Shown here piece after piece: positions 16,411 to 40,555 of a stretch of 64,000 nucleotides of DNA (its first letter is position 1; every line of letters begins with the position of its first letter). Made by a program: the position numbers and the translations under genes. The stretch lies in the NCBI RefSeq assembly GCF_009914755.1, contig NC_060944.1; one strand, 5' to 3'. The stretch comes from the human T2T-CHM13v2.0 reference genome, Homo sapiens. The notes beneath the pieces are model-generated. The model saw only the letters and a program-made list of their open reading frames with translations, was not told the DNA's origin and ran no database searches.

Positions 16411-16796
16411 TCCTGAGGGCTTCCCCAGTCTGCCCTTCTCGTCACCAGCATTCATTTCTCTTTTCTCCACACACACGGAGCATATTCTTCCCCATGGAAG
16501 AAAACCCAAAGTCCTAGCTCAGAGTGGGGGATCAATGGCTTACTCAGTGCTCTCCTGGGGCTTCTTGAGATCTTGAGATCTGGCTCTTACCCCAGACCAG
16601 TGGAATTCTAGTGCCTCAAACCAAGCTGGCTCCTATGAGGAGTATGAGGCCAAGAAGTTGTGTTCCCTGTACCCCAACCCACTCACCCTAGGGATAGCTC
16701 CTGGTTTGCTCTGCTGAGTGTCCTTGGTAAACTGTACCTTCCATATCATGCATGTAACACAGAGCCCATTTTCTTCAAGCCTACAGCCCACTATTA

Positions 16797-17813
<1,017 letters not shown>

Positions 17814-18115
17814 TGACAGTGACTTTTTAATCCCTAGTGCCATAGTCTTTTTCATGCTTCCGACCAGAGGTGGCCCAGGCTGGAGTCTTCAGGCTTCTGT
17901 AATTCTGGTTGTCTTTGATCGTTTGTGGTTTATTGTCCTTGAAAAATTATTTGCGAGGGTTTCCAAAGCCTAGGTTACATGTGCCTGGCTGAGAGAGGCT
18001 TTTAAATTCTGCATATGGAGATCACAATGAAAGCACTGTATCCGTCATTGAAATCCACATAATGAGGAGTAAGACATTGCTGTTGCAGGTTTCTTTGTGA
18101 CCACGCACCTATTAG

Positions 18116-18470
<355 letters not shown>

Positions 18471-19723
18471 TGTTTGTGCTTCTAATGGACATCTTGAATG
18501 GTCCTCAAGCCTGCAGCCTCCTCCTGGCACCTGCTCTGAGCCTGGGACCTGAGAGGTTGCTCACCATGGCAACCCAAGAGGAGCTAGGGATGCACACACA
18601 TCTGTCTGTGTGAAACTTTTCAACCCTGTCTGTGCATGTGTGACCAGCGCTGCAAATAAGATCGGACCTGCTTTCCTCTCACTCCCCTCCCTGCTGATCT
18701 TCATCCTGAGAGATGCTGCCAACAGATGGTAACACAGGCATGGAGAGGAGGTCACAGAGTGTGCAGAAACAGTGTTTTCTGAAAATGAGAAATGGCATGT
18801 CCTGGTTAGCTGAGTCAGCAATTATCATTATGGGGTGGGATGCAGCCATCGGAGGATTAGTCATCATGAATCTGAAGTCTCCAGGCGAGGAGAGAGTCTG
18901 ACGTCATGCAGGCCAGCTTCTCTCCCAGGGCCGGCATGCCCCCCAGAGCATCCCTGGAGGATGGTCAGACAGCGATGGGGAGCTCACTACCTCTCCAGAC
19001 AGTTCAATTGTTAGGTTGCACACCGAGCTGACCGCCTCCTCATACCCTGTAGCAGTTAGTGTCAACACTGTGCCCTCTGCCCCAGGCACCTCCTGCAGGT
19101 TAAAGGAGATCCTAAGCATGCTAAACTCAAGCTGTGTGTATGTGGCGTTAGTATGGGTGGCCACTCCATTTCTGGCTCCTTGAGTCTCCCTGCCATGTCC
19201 AGGAGACAGGTGTGGACAGCATAGGTAGCCCCCATGGGCTTTTGGGCTCTGGCTCAGGGCTTCTCCATGCTGACCACCTCTGTGGGCCACCCCTTGCCCA
19301 AGGGCTTCTCTGGTCTCAGCCGTCTGGGCACCTGCCAACTCCTTTGACTCAAGGACCTTATTTAGAAAACTCTCTTCATGTAGTGACAATGAGTGTAGCA
19401 CCATGTAGCATTTCTCAAACTATAATGTGGCCAGGAATCGCTTGGGTTCTGGTTAAAATGCCTGACTGGGTGACGTTTGGTTGTCTTTGTCGGGTTCCAT
19501 GTCACAGCTATGCTAGATTTGTAAACTGAATCAGAGCACATTCTCTTTTTTGTTTTCTGGATGGCTTAAACAGCCTACAAACATTCTTTGAAAGTCTGAG
19601 AGAACTTGTCTGCTAAACTCTCTGACCCACACCCTGTTGGGAAATAGTCCTCTGTCAGTTTTAAAGTTGATTCCCTGGTTTTTTACTTCTCTTGGCAATT
19701 CTCATTTTTCTAGAAAAGTGTGC

Positions 19724-20585
19724 TGTTATGGACTGAATTGCATCCCTCTCAAATTCATATGTTGAAGCCTGTGACCCCCAAATATCTGAGACAGGTCTCA
19801 GTCGATTTAGAAAGTTCCTTTTGCCAAAATTAAGGATGCCCCCGTGACACAGCCTCAGGAGGTCCTGACGACATGTGCCCAAGGTGGTCGGGGCTCAGCT
19901 TGGTTTTATACATTTTAGGGAGACATGAGACATCAATCAGTATATGTAAGATGTACATTAATTCCATCCAGAAAGGCGGGACAACTGGAAACAAAGGCAG
20001 GACAACAACAAAGGTAGGGAGGGGGCTTCCAGGTCATAGGCAGATAAAAGACAAACAGTTGCATTCTTCTGCATTTCGGATTAGTCTTTCCAAAGGAAGC
20101 AATCAGATAGGCATTTATCTCAGTGAGCAGAGGGAAGACTTTGAATAGAATGAGAGGCAGATTTGCCCTGACCAGTTCCCAGCTTGACTTTTCCCTTTAG
20201 CTTAGTGATTTTGGGGTCCCAAGATTTATTTTTCCTTTCACAAGCCTTAACCCTCAATGTGACTGATTTTGGAGATAGGGCCTTGAAGGATGCAATTAAG
20301 CTTAAATGAGGTCATAAGGATGAGGCCCTGATCTGATAGGACTGGTGTCCCTAGGAGACGAGGAGGAGACACTAGAGCTCTCTCTACTCCTGCACAGAGG
20401 AAAGGCCAGGTGTGCACAGAGCAAAAAAGGCTGATATCAGCAAGCCAAGAAGAAAGGCCTTACCTTTCCCTGCTGGCACCTTGATCTTGGACTTGCAGCC
20501 TCCAGAACTGTGAGAAAGAAATTTCTGTTGTTTAAGCCACCCAGTCTGTAGTATTTCCTTAGGGCAGCCCGAGCTGAGGAAGACA
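19724..20585 (+). mobile_element. MLT1A/B-type LTR split by a MER4A LTR
   Basis: tgttatggactgaattg...aaattcatatgttgaagcc | ttaaccctcaatgtgact...ccagaactgtgaga...aagaca. Confidence 0.8.
19770..20242 (-). mobile_element. MER4A-type ERV1 solo LTR
   Basis: Reverse complement begins tgtgaaaggaaaaataaatcttgggacccc; 4-bp TSD agcc (19766-19769 / 20243-20246). Confidence 0.88.
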
Positions 20586-20636
20586 CGTGTTCTCCACTGA
20601 ACTCTCCCAGCTGACTAGCACACTGCATGCATTTAA

Positions 20637-23737
<3,101 letters not shown>

Positions 23738-24036
23738 TTTTTTTGTATTTTCTAAAGTTTTAATGGGCATATTTTTCTGTAACAAGAAAAATCAAGCAAA
23801 AATTATATTTAGAAAAGCATGGAAACTAGTAAAGACTTTCAAAGGTCAAAGTGTGAAAAATCCCCCACGTGATTCAGCTGTCTACTTCAGTGGGCATCTG
23901 AGGCCTTTAGGGGAAACTGTGGGAAGTGATACAAAACACTCAACTCAGAACTACCCCACCCAAGGGGTGGGGGAGCTGGGGCATTTACACCCCAACCCTC
24001 AAGAGAGTCATTTGTTAAAAGCTATTTCTGGGGTTG

Positions 24037-24495
24037 TGAGATAGGAGGTGAGACTTGACTCCAGAGGTGGGGCTCAAACACTGGTCTAGATTGAGGACTA
24101 GCTAAAACAGGGCTGGGGTGAAGGCAGCTTTCAATCTGACACAGCCACCAGTGTGTTAAGTCAGTTTACTGTTGCCATGGCAACACCCAGGGTTACCACC
24201 CCTTTTCAAAGCAATGACCTCAAAGTTACCACCCTTTCCTTAGAAATTTCTGCATAAACTGCCCCTTTATCTGCATGCAATTAAAACTATGTGTAAATAC
24301 GATTGCAAAAGTGCCCTGAGCAGCTACTCTCTGCCAATGGGGTAGCCCTGCTGTGCAGGAACAGTCACAGAGCTATAACACCGTCTTTTCAATAAAGCTG
24401 TTTTCTTTTACCTCTGGCCCTTGAATTCTTTCCTGGGCAAAGCCAAGAACCCTTGTGGACTGAGCTCCACTTTGGGGCTTGCCTGCCCTGCATCA
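24037..24495 (+). mobile_element. ERV1 solo LTR, MER66-like
   Basis: TG...CA ends (tgagataggagg...gcctgccctgcatca), AATAAA near 24391, internal GTTGCCATGGCAAC. Confidence 0.75.
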
Positions 24496-24699
24496 TAAGG
24501 TCTTTGGCAGTTCCATCCTGTCAGGCATGGGCAGTTCTGGGAGCAAGAGCCTCATTTCTAGTTGCAGAGGCTGGAAGTGGAAGCTGGCCAGAGCACACTG
24601 AAAAGTCACAGGGATACAGGTGGGGTGCAGGCCACTTGTGCCATGGGTCCCTCCAACTTAGAGATTCATGTCTTCTTACTTGGTGACTTACGGGGTAGT

Positions 24700-24830
24700 C
24701 AGTCCCACAAATGCTTAAACAGCCAGCATTTTAAAAAAAGCATCCATTTGTAGCATCTGCCAATTTCCATGTTGTCAATATTCCCACCATGGCCAATTTC
24801 AAGCTACCAGTGGTTTAACAGCAGTCAACA
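24700..24830 (-). mobile_element. MER63-like hAT fragment
   Basis: ccaatttccatg...cccaccatggcc..tttcaagctacca; a related + strand copy lies near 57.9 kb. Confidence 0.6.
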
Positions 24831-24934
24831 GGCGAGGAAAACAGGTAAAGTAACACTCCTCGAGATAGACCTGTAGCAAGTGACAGAGTTGGGGGTGCAG
24901 CCCAAGCCTGCCAAACTAAAATACTCTTGCGCCC

Positions 24935-25172
24935 TTTTTTTTTTTTTTTTTTTTTGAGATGGAGTCTTGCTCTGTCACCTAGGCTGGAGTGCAGTGGCAA
25001 GATCTCAGCTCACTGCAACCTCTGCCTCCCGGGTTCAAGTGATTCAGCAGCATGAAAACAGACTAATACAGCCATGTTGGTCTGGCTGGTCTCCAACTGC
25101 CAACCTCAGGTGATCTCCCCATCTCAGCCTCCCAAAGTGCTGGGATTATAGGCATGAACCATCGCACCCGGC
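24935..25172 (-). mobile_element. Internally deleted Alu carrying a THE1/MST LTR terminus (25044-25070)
   Basis: Alu breaks after gattc and resumes at gccatgttgg; filler is cagcagcatgaaaacagactaataca. Confidence 0.8.
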
Positions 25173-25667
25173 TTACTCTTGCACTTTTCGTGACATCAGG
25201 TTCAGGTGAGCTCAGGCGTTTACGGTGTTGACCTTGTGGGTCAAAGATCTCTGGTGGGAAGACAGACAGACATCCTTCTGATCAGGATACAGTGAGTGCA
25301 AGGATGAGGGGACAGCTGGCTGCTGTCTTTCAGATAAAGACTGAGCTGGCCTGGAGGATAAGCAGGAACCAACAGGCTGTAGGAAGGGTGTTCCTGGCAG
25401 GTGGACCAGCATGAGCAAAGCACCGAGGCAGTAAGAGCGGCTGGGCTGGGGACTATATATGAGATGTCCCCTACAAAGTGGGCTGGCAGGGGAGGGGTGG
25501 AAATGCACATGGAGTTCAGACCTGAGGGCATCCTTGCTGGGTGCTGAAGTGACGGGTTGCTGAGGAAGGCTTCAAGTAAGGAAGTGATGTGGACAGGTTT
25601 CCATCTTATTTTCTGTCTCTGGGGCCTGTGGTTTTAAGAGCAGCAAGAAAGGCAGGGGGCCTGGTTA

Positions 25668-26276
<609 letters not shown>

Positions 26277-26991
26277 CTAATAGACTGGTGGCTTTGAACA
26301 AACCAGTGCCCCTCCAGTGCAGGCTTCTCATCTGTAAACTGAAGACTGACTAGAAGATCGTATTAAACACTGCCGTGCTCAGGGCAATCTTTTCCTAGAC
26401 TACGCATTTAGCAAAAGTGAAGCTGATTGAATTGAGAAGTAAATTCTAGCCCTATTGTTTCAGCTATCCTGGTCTTTCAGCCTTGTGGAAATGTGAGTGA
26501 GTCGGTGTGGGCCAATTCCACCAGACACAGCACTGGGCCGGTTCCTCACTCTGCGGGGTCCGCCTTATGTTCCAGTTCACCTCAAGGGCTTCTAGCATGT
26601 GTCTGGCCTCCTCGCTGGTTTACATGTGAATATAGATTTTCCTGTGTTTTTCCTTTGACCATTTTAGCAAGCATTTGGCAGGGAGCAGTTAAATGGATCC
26701 CAGAGTCAGTCATCTGGAAATCCCTTTGCTTTTAACCTTTATGTAGCATTTCATTGGCCCTGGGCTTTTTGTAAACAAGCTATTTGTGTATGGGGAGGGA
26801 AAGCTCTGCCCTTTGCTCTCACTCTGTCTTCTCTCCAGGAGGAGCTGCTGACCTGGTATTCCAGATTGAGGAACCCACTTTTCCTGGTGGGAGGGTCGCT
26901 CCCTCTTTTACTTTGCTCCTCCTGGGTCTGGGAGGGGGCCATCTGCCCCTTTCTTGGCTCTTATTTTCTAACACACCTGTTATGGTGTGCT

Positions 26992-27552
<561 letters not shown>

Positions 27553-27800
27553 ATGTACTCTAAGAACTATTCTAAGGGGTTCTCTGGAACAGCTGGCCGT
27601 CAGATCCAGATTTGGGTTTCCATGGAGCCTCTGGTTAGGTCTGCAACGTCATTATAATAATGTGGAAACACGTTTTCCGTTTTCTTTTGTTTCTTTTGAG
27701 AATCTGTTCCTTGGAACTTCATGAGGAAGGTTAATGGGCAGGGTAGGACTTGGGTATTCCCTCCAGCGAGCTGCCATCATATATCATTAAAACCTCACTT

Positions 27801-28885
<1,085 letters not shown>

Positions 28886-29169
28886 TGACCTTCCTACCCT
28901 AACCTGGTCATTAATAAACAATTATTTTAACATATTGTGTATCTTCAGCTTTAATATTTATTTTGGACATATGCAATAGGTTGCATGCCTCATTATTTGT
29001 GGTCAGCCCTGTATTTTTGCATTTTCATTGTTGGCTTTTATTTTCTCTGTACTGTTTCTTCCCTATTTCTGAATTTGCTGTTTGGATTCCTCAATCTTAT
29101 TCTCTGCTGCTAGGCCATCAAATGCTGGAGTCCTGTGAGCTTAGTTTTCTCTTCTCTCTTATTGTCTAG

Positions 29170-30640
29170 ATGTAGATAACTCACCAGTATGCATCTGGAG
29201 GTCTAAACCATCTGCATAGTGCAAGCCTGTGAATCCACATTGGACATCTCATGGATACCTCATACTTAACCTTCTCCAAACCAATCTAAAACTGACCTTC
29301 CTGCCCTAACCTGGTCCTGTTTTAGAGTCTCCATCTGTACTAGTCAGGGTTCTCCAGAGAAACAGAATGAACAGGATAGGAAAAATGAGGAATTGGCTCA
29401 TGTGATTATGGAGGCTGAGAAGTCCCATGATTTGCCATCTGTAAACTGGAGACCTAGGAAAGCTGATGGTAGAATTCAGTTCAAGTCCAAAGGCCTGAGA
29501 AGCAGGGGAGATGATGATATAAATCCTGGTTGGAGGACAGGAGAAGATGAGAAATGTCTCAGCTCAAGCGGTGAGTTAGGAAAAAAGGGACAAATTCCTC
29601 CTTCCTCTGCCTTTTGTTCTGTTCAGGCCCTCAGTGGATTGGATGGTGCCCATCCGCATTAGGGAGGGCCACCTCCTTTACCAAGTTCACTGATTCAAAT
29701 GCTCATCTCAGCCAGAAACACTCTCACAGGCATACCCAGGAACAGTGTTTAATCTGGGTACCCTGTGGCCCAGTCAAGTTGATGAATAAAATTAACCATC
29801 ACCCATTTCCTCTGCTGACATCACCCATCCACTTCCATTCAGTCCTGCAAACCAGAAGTTGTGATTCCTTTCTTTTCCACCTCCCCCATGTCTAATCAAT
29901 CACCAAGTCCTGTTACTCTTAACTTCTGAACAGCTTTTGAATCAATCCAGTTCTCTTCATCCTCATCACAACTGTTCTAGTCCTATTGGCTATTATGTCT
30001 CGCCTAGTCTAAGGCAGTAGTCTACTAACTAGTCTCCCAACTCCCTTCTGGTCTCTGTCTTCTAGACCTGACCCTGAGGGAAGGTCTAGAAATGCAGGCA
30101 GGCTGTCCCCATTCTGCTTCCTCTACACTAAGATCTAGTCAGGATCCTTCAGGTGCCCACAAGGCTCTGCACCCTCCGAGGGCTGCCATACCTGGCCATA
30201 CCTGGCATGCGCTTCCTTCCTATCCTCTCTGCACACCAGCCACACTGGCCCATCCTGGCCACTCCTGGGCTCCGTGCTCTCTGCCACCACATGGCCTTGG
30301 CATCTCCTGCTTTCTGTTGTCTTCTTTCTTTACGTGCAGAAGCTCCTGCCTGGCCTTTGGAGCTCAGCCTCCCCTGAACTCTCTGACTCAATTAAATTCC
30401 TCTATTCTTTACCCTCGTAGCCTCACATGCCTTTCCTTCATAGCATTATATGACAACTGTCATTTTACATTTATTTCTTTCTATTTTCTGATGAATGCCT
30501 GCCTCCCCCAGTAGACTATCAGTCCCCAGAAGCATGCACCTTGTCTTTTTCAATTCATTGCTGTATCTCCAGTGCCCAGCACAGCACCTGGTGCATAGCA
30601 GGTGCTCAAGAAGTATTTGTTTTGAATAAATGAATGATTT
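29170..30640 (+). mobile_element. L2 element split by an MLT2 LTR
   Basis: L2 3' end: gtatctccagtgcccagcacagcacctggtgcatagcaggtgctcaag...tgaataaatgaatga. Confidence 0.75.
29336..29802 (-). mobile_element. MLT2 (ERVL) solo LTR
   Basis: tgtactagtcagggttctccagagaaacagaa...aaaattaaccatcac; near-TSD ccatc / ccatt. Confidence 0.85.
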
Positions 30641-30769
30641 AGAGCTGATCACAGCTGGAAGAGCCACTGAAGGTCATCACTATTATTAAAAGTAGATCTC
30701 AAGGCTTAGATCCCAGGGAAGGGAGGACCCCAGAGAAGCCTGTGAAATGAGAGTCAAATTTTAGAGTGT

Positions 30770-32178
<1,409 letters not shown>

Positions 32179-32930
32179 TTATACTCATTCCATAGTATTT
32201 ATACGAGTATTTTTACTCATTCCTTGTATTGCTTGAAGTTCCAGCGAAGAACAGAATCCTACTCAGATGGATTTCATGGACTATTATGGAGAGGTGGGCG
32301 GGGCAAAGAGCCCCAACCAAGGCTGCAGAGGCTCCCAGGCACCAGCAGCAAGGGGAAGCCTGCCGGGGTGGGGTAGGGGATTATGCTGTTGAAGTCCATT
32401 GACAGCTGGAGACAGAAAGTAGAACCACCCAGCAAGAGCTGGGGTTGAGGGACTAAGCCACTGCCCAGAATGAGACCTGAAGAAGGAAGGAAGCAGGAAG
32501 AAATATCCCTACTTCTCTCTCTCCTCCCAGCAACCGAAACCTGGAAGCCAGCCAGCAACGATGTGTGGGTGATGCAGTCCACAGGGGCCAACCTTCCAGG
32601 GCCCACGGCAGGGTGGAAAGATGGGTGGAGGGGGGCTTGAGTTAAAGAACAGATGGGGAAACTGAAGCCCAGACAGGGTAAGGACTTGCCTAAGGTCATT
32701 TAGCAATTGAAGGGCACCATGAGGACTCAGCCCCTGACTTCCTTCTTCTCATAGGAGGGCTTCCTGCTCAACACCGTGCTTTATTGCCTGCACACACAGC
32801 TGCGTGGTCGCTTCTCATTTTCAGACTTTGTTGTAAAAAGAAGTCGGAAAATGCAAACATTGTATGAAGAAGAAAAGAATGTGTTGGCGTCTAGTCTTCC
32901 AGGCTGCCTCTCTGTGTGTGGACACATATT

Positions 32931-33926
<996 letters not shown>

Positions 33927-34436
33927 GTTTAGGAAGTCGGGAGAGGTGGGTTCGCCTGGGAACTCATAGTGGGACCTGCACTCTGAATTCCTTGGAAGAC
34001 AGAAGAGAAAAATGAAGGGAAAAAAAAAAGGTGGGGAGGTGGTGGAGGGAGAGAGGGAATGGTTGGTGCTTTGGCCAAGCCTGAGTTTCCCCAGCTGCTC
34101 CTTGTTTAGGCAGGAGAGACAGGCAAACTGCAGAGCACTTGTGAGTTCCCATGGGAGCCCCTGCGCCCTGTGGGTCTGTTTCAGCATTGTCCTCCGTGCT
34201 GGGGATATCCCAGCTCCCAGCTTCCTGGAAGGCTGTCGTGTTAACCACGTTAACACTTTGTGTGGGGCTCAGCACTTGTGAGTGCCCGTTTAGTTCTTAG
34301 AGTCGCCCTGTGCAGGGCCAGGTAATGCCTACCACGTCCTAAAATGCACTGCGTGCCCCACTGTGCCCCACTGGAGGTATGTGAGTGACATTTCATGGTG
34401 TTTTGGTGGACAGTTTTAATTTCAGTAATTACATAT

Positions 34437-35145
<709 letters not shown>

Positions 35146-35589
35146 CATGTGTTTTAATGCATCTTAGCGGGGCTGATCATAAACATATTTGACAACTGAA
35201 TGGCACAGGCATCAACGAATCAGAACGGATGCTAGCAGTAAATAGCCATGAATGTCTCTGGGACTCATAACTGAACTGAAAGGGGCTCAATTTTCCCCAC
35301 CCGCCTGGTGATTGGGGTGCTCATAGTCCCCCAAGAGTGGGTTCCTGCTGTTTTCACCCCACCATCCTGGCCTCCAGAAATCCACTCTGAGCTTTGAGCT
35401 TCCATACAGGGAGCTCAGGGGAGGGTAGGGAAGAAGAAAGGAGCGTGGGGGTGGGGGGAGGGCTGCTGCCTGGAGCTGCCTCTCACACAGGACCCCCTGG
35501 ATGGTCACTCTGTTTCTGGGATATTTAACCCCTGAAACTGTCCCCTGAGCAGCTGTGTCACCCCTGACCTGCTGCTCAGTGTCACCCCC

Positions 35590-36862
<1,273 letters not shown>

Positions 36863-37116
36863 AATTCAGAGAAAAATTAAGTAAAGAATAGCATGTATAA
36901 ATGAGATGGGCAAGATGATGAAGGTGGTACCCAAAGAACTGAAGTTTGGGAAACGTTGATTATCTTCCATTTATGAAGAAAAAAAAAGTCTTGGGGAGGT
37001 CTCTGGAGGGTCAGGGACTGGAATCCAGGTGCGCTGACCTAGGCCGACGTGGGCCACCGGGACACCACAGCCCTTGGGGCGCCGGCGGCCGGTGTTCCTT
37101 CAGGGAGCCCAGAGGC

Positions 37117-37150
37117 TGCAGTGCCGCTATGCACCACCAGAGGGCAGCAC
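37117..37150 (+). promoter_or_regulatory. CTCF site with upstream motif, inside a CpG-rich patch (37025-37230)
   Basis: Core CCACCAGAGGGCAGC (37134-37148) preceded by TGCAGTGCC (37117-37125); many intact CpGs around it. Confidence 0.8.
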
Positions 37151-37800
37151 GGCCCCGGCTTGCGGCTCCCGGCCACTTCCCACGCGGGCGGCTGGGGTGG
37201 CGCTGGGCGGCTCTCCCTGGGGATTCGGGTTTGCCTGGACTCATCTTAGTCCAGAGATCCTCAAACGAGCTCTGGGACACACTCCCTTCTAAATTACCTG
37301 GGTGCTTGTTAACAGTGTAGAGTTTGGGGCCTTCCTGGACCTACAGAATCAGCATCCCTGAAGCTCCAGGTGTGTGGCGTGGGAGCTAGGGGGTTTGGAC
37401 AGTGGGGTGCTGGTCAGGGGAGTTTTGAGAACACTGCTCCAGGGAGGTGGGCACTGTCTCCCAGGGTCAGAGTTTGGGGGTGATGTGTGTGTGTGTGCGG
37501 AGGATTATCACACACACCGAGAGGGATTGCCGGTCGGAAGCCTGGGCTTGCATTTGGGCCCACCTCTTACTTGGATGGGTGGCAAATTCTTCGTTAAGCA
37601 TTTTGCATCTACGCACCCTCCATTTGACCACCCATCCATCCATCATCCATAAATATATGATAACTAAACCCTTACCATGTGTCCCTTCTGTGTGTGGAGA
37701 TATAGTGGTGAGCAACACAGACAGCGTCCCTGCCCTCCTAGAATTCATGCCTGTGTGGAGGAGCCAGATAGCAGCAAATAATCCCTCAAATATAAAATTA

Positions 37801-37944
<144 letters not shown>

Positions 37945-40239
37945 TTACAATTTATAGGAGCTGCCTTGAAGGAGGAGGGATTCATAGGGTGCTGTGTGGA
38001 TGAAAAGAGCTCTAGGAACCTGAGGATGTGAAGGATTCTTCCCTTAGGAAATTATGCTTGAATTGAGATCTGAGGGTGAGAAGGAGTGAACCAGGTGGAG
38101 TCAGAGGGAAGAGTGTTTCAGACAGAGGAAACTCATGTGCAAAGGCCCTGAGGTGGAAATGAGCTCACTGCCTTGGCAGAAGAGTGTGGTTGGAGCAGGA
38201 AGGAAGAGAGGGACTGGCTAGACCTGGGGTGTGGGCAGTAGACAAGGACCAGTACCCTCAGGTTCTCAAATTTCCCATCTTCAAATGGGGCAACAAGAGA
38301 ACCATCTATCTTGCAAAGAGGATAACATGTAATGATGAGCCCAAAGCATCTAATGTAGTGCCTGGTACACAGTTGGTGTCAATATTGGGGGTGGGGGTGG
38401 ATCTGGGCAGAGGGTACAGCCTGGTTAGAGAGCTGTGGGGAAGCACTGGGCAACTGCGGGGACCAGAGCTGTCTTGGCCACCTGCAGGGACCAGCTGAGA
38501 AGTGTGTTTAACCACAGTGAACATTACCGTTGGCATCGCTGTCTTGTTGAAAACAAAGTGAAATTGGAGAACATACTGTTGTCTTGAACTAGGCCAAGAT
38601 GACTAATTATTAGACTCACTTTTGAAAGGTTACCATATACAGACATGCGCTGAGGTGGAGAGAGGAGAGTTTGGAAATCTGATTCATTCTGAAACCCCAA
38701 TAGATGGAACTCTTGCTCAGTTTCTGAGCATAATGACTGTGAACATTCGGTTTAACGCAGCTGTCACCACAGGCAAGGTGCAAAACAAAATGTTTCGTAC
38801 CAGCTCCTTGGAGTGTCATGGGGCAGCTCATGGCAGCCCTGGGGAGATCTCTGCTAGATGGTGAAGGGTGTGCAACGTGGGTGCTGGTGTTGGGGAATTG
38901 AGGGGACGCCAGACCTCAAATCTGGGATCTGAGTCTGAGGGATGGCTTTGCCACAAGTGGACCATGTGGCTTAGGTTAACTTCCTCCTTTCTTTGGGCCT
39001 TAGTTTCCTCATCTGGAAAATGAAGGGCTAGACCAGATGCTCTCCAAGAACTTCTCTAGTTTTGTTGTTCTATGGCCTTTGCTGGTGGTGTGACTTTGGA
39101 TGTTACCTTCAGCTCCTGGGTTTTAGTTTCCTTTTGAGCATTTTAGAGTTCCCCAAGAGTGTTGGTTTATTTCACTCCCCATTTGCTGCCCCCACCAATG
39201 AAGTCTAGCGACTCGAAATCTCCTTCTCCAGACTCCACTGAGAACAAACCACCCTAGTTCCTTGCCCTGTGGGTCAGTGGTTTAATCTGGGGATGCGTGA
39301 GTCCCTTGGTCCTGTCTGGAGATGCATAAATCCACTGTGGCCCGATGTGGGGATTCCAAGTCCTTGAGGTCTAATCTGGGGATGCATGTGGTCCAGTACT
39401 CACAGACCCAAGGGGGCCTGAAGGCACCTGGACCCTTCAGGAAGTCCTGTCTCTGGGACTTACAAGGGAACATTCGTGAAGCTGGTATCAGGGCTGAACG
39501 TGGATTGGGGCTTTCTGAGGGCCAAGTGCAGGCACTCATTTCCTTCTCACATTATTCGCACCTCTGAGGGGCAGAGGGTCTAAGTAATTTTCCCAAGGCC
39601 ACACAGGGAGCAAGGGGCAGAGGTGGCATGTGTGCCCAAGCCTGTTTGATTCAAACTGTCGTTAACTTTGGAAACTGACCCCACCATCTCATTTATTTCT
39701 CACAACAAATACATCCATTAACAGGTATCAAGGCTTAGAGGCTTCATAGCAAAACAGAGTGGAGACCTGGTAGGTAAGCAGGCAGCTTCCAGATTTCTCC
39801 ACCCAGCCCCCACTTCCTGGCCAGGAACTGGAGGCAGGGAAGTTCCATTGCCCATATAGCTGCATGACTTTTCATTTGCCCGTTCCTGTGGTCAGACTCA
39901 GTGGTGTGAGACTTCCTGTGGTTGAGCCGAGTGATGCAAGAACGTCGCTGTGCAGGGCTGTGGTCCTACACCGTCCACTTTATTGGTTGTCTAAGACATC
40001 TTCAATGGTAAAATGGGAAAGGCATAGTTTTTGTCCTGAACGTTGTCCTTACACCTAAGCCAGACTTGATCAGATGCCACATGGGGCGTATCCTCCTGAG
40101 CATCCCACGTCTACCGCCTGCCTTGGATGTCTGACATCAAGTATGTAAGTGCTTGTGTCTGGACCTGAACTTCACTCCAAATAGCGGGGTTGGCTACAGG
40201 TCAGTTACCCATGTGAGATTATAGTGCCCTGACTGGTTA

Positions 40240-40555
<316 letters not shown>

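Noticed and set aside
36946-37320. ORFs over the CpG-rich patch as a first exon
   Set aside because: Non-ATG or weak starts, no recognisable protein and no clear donor; better explained by the CTCF site.
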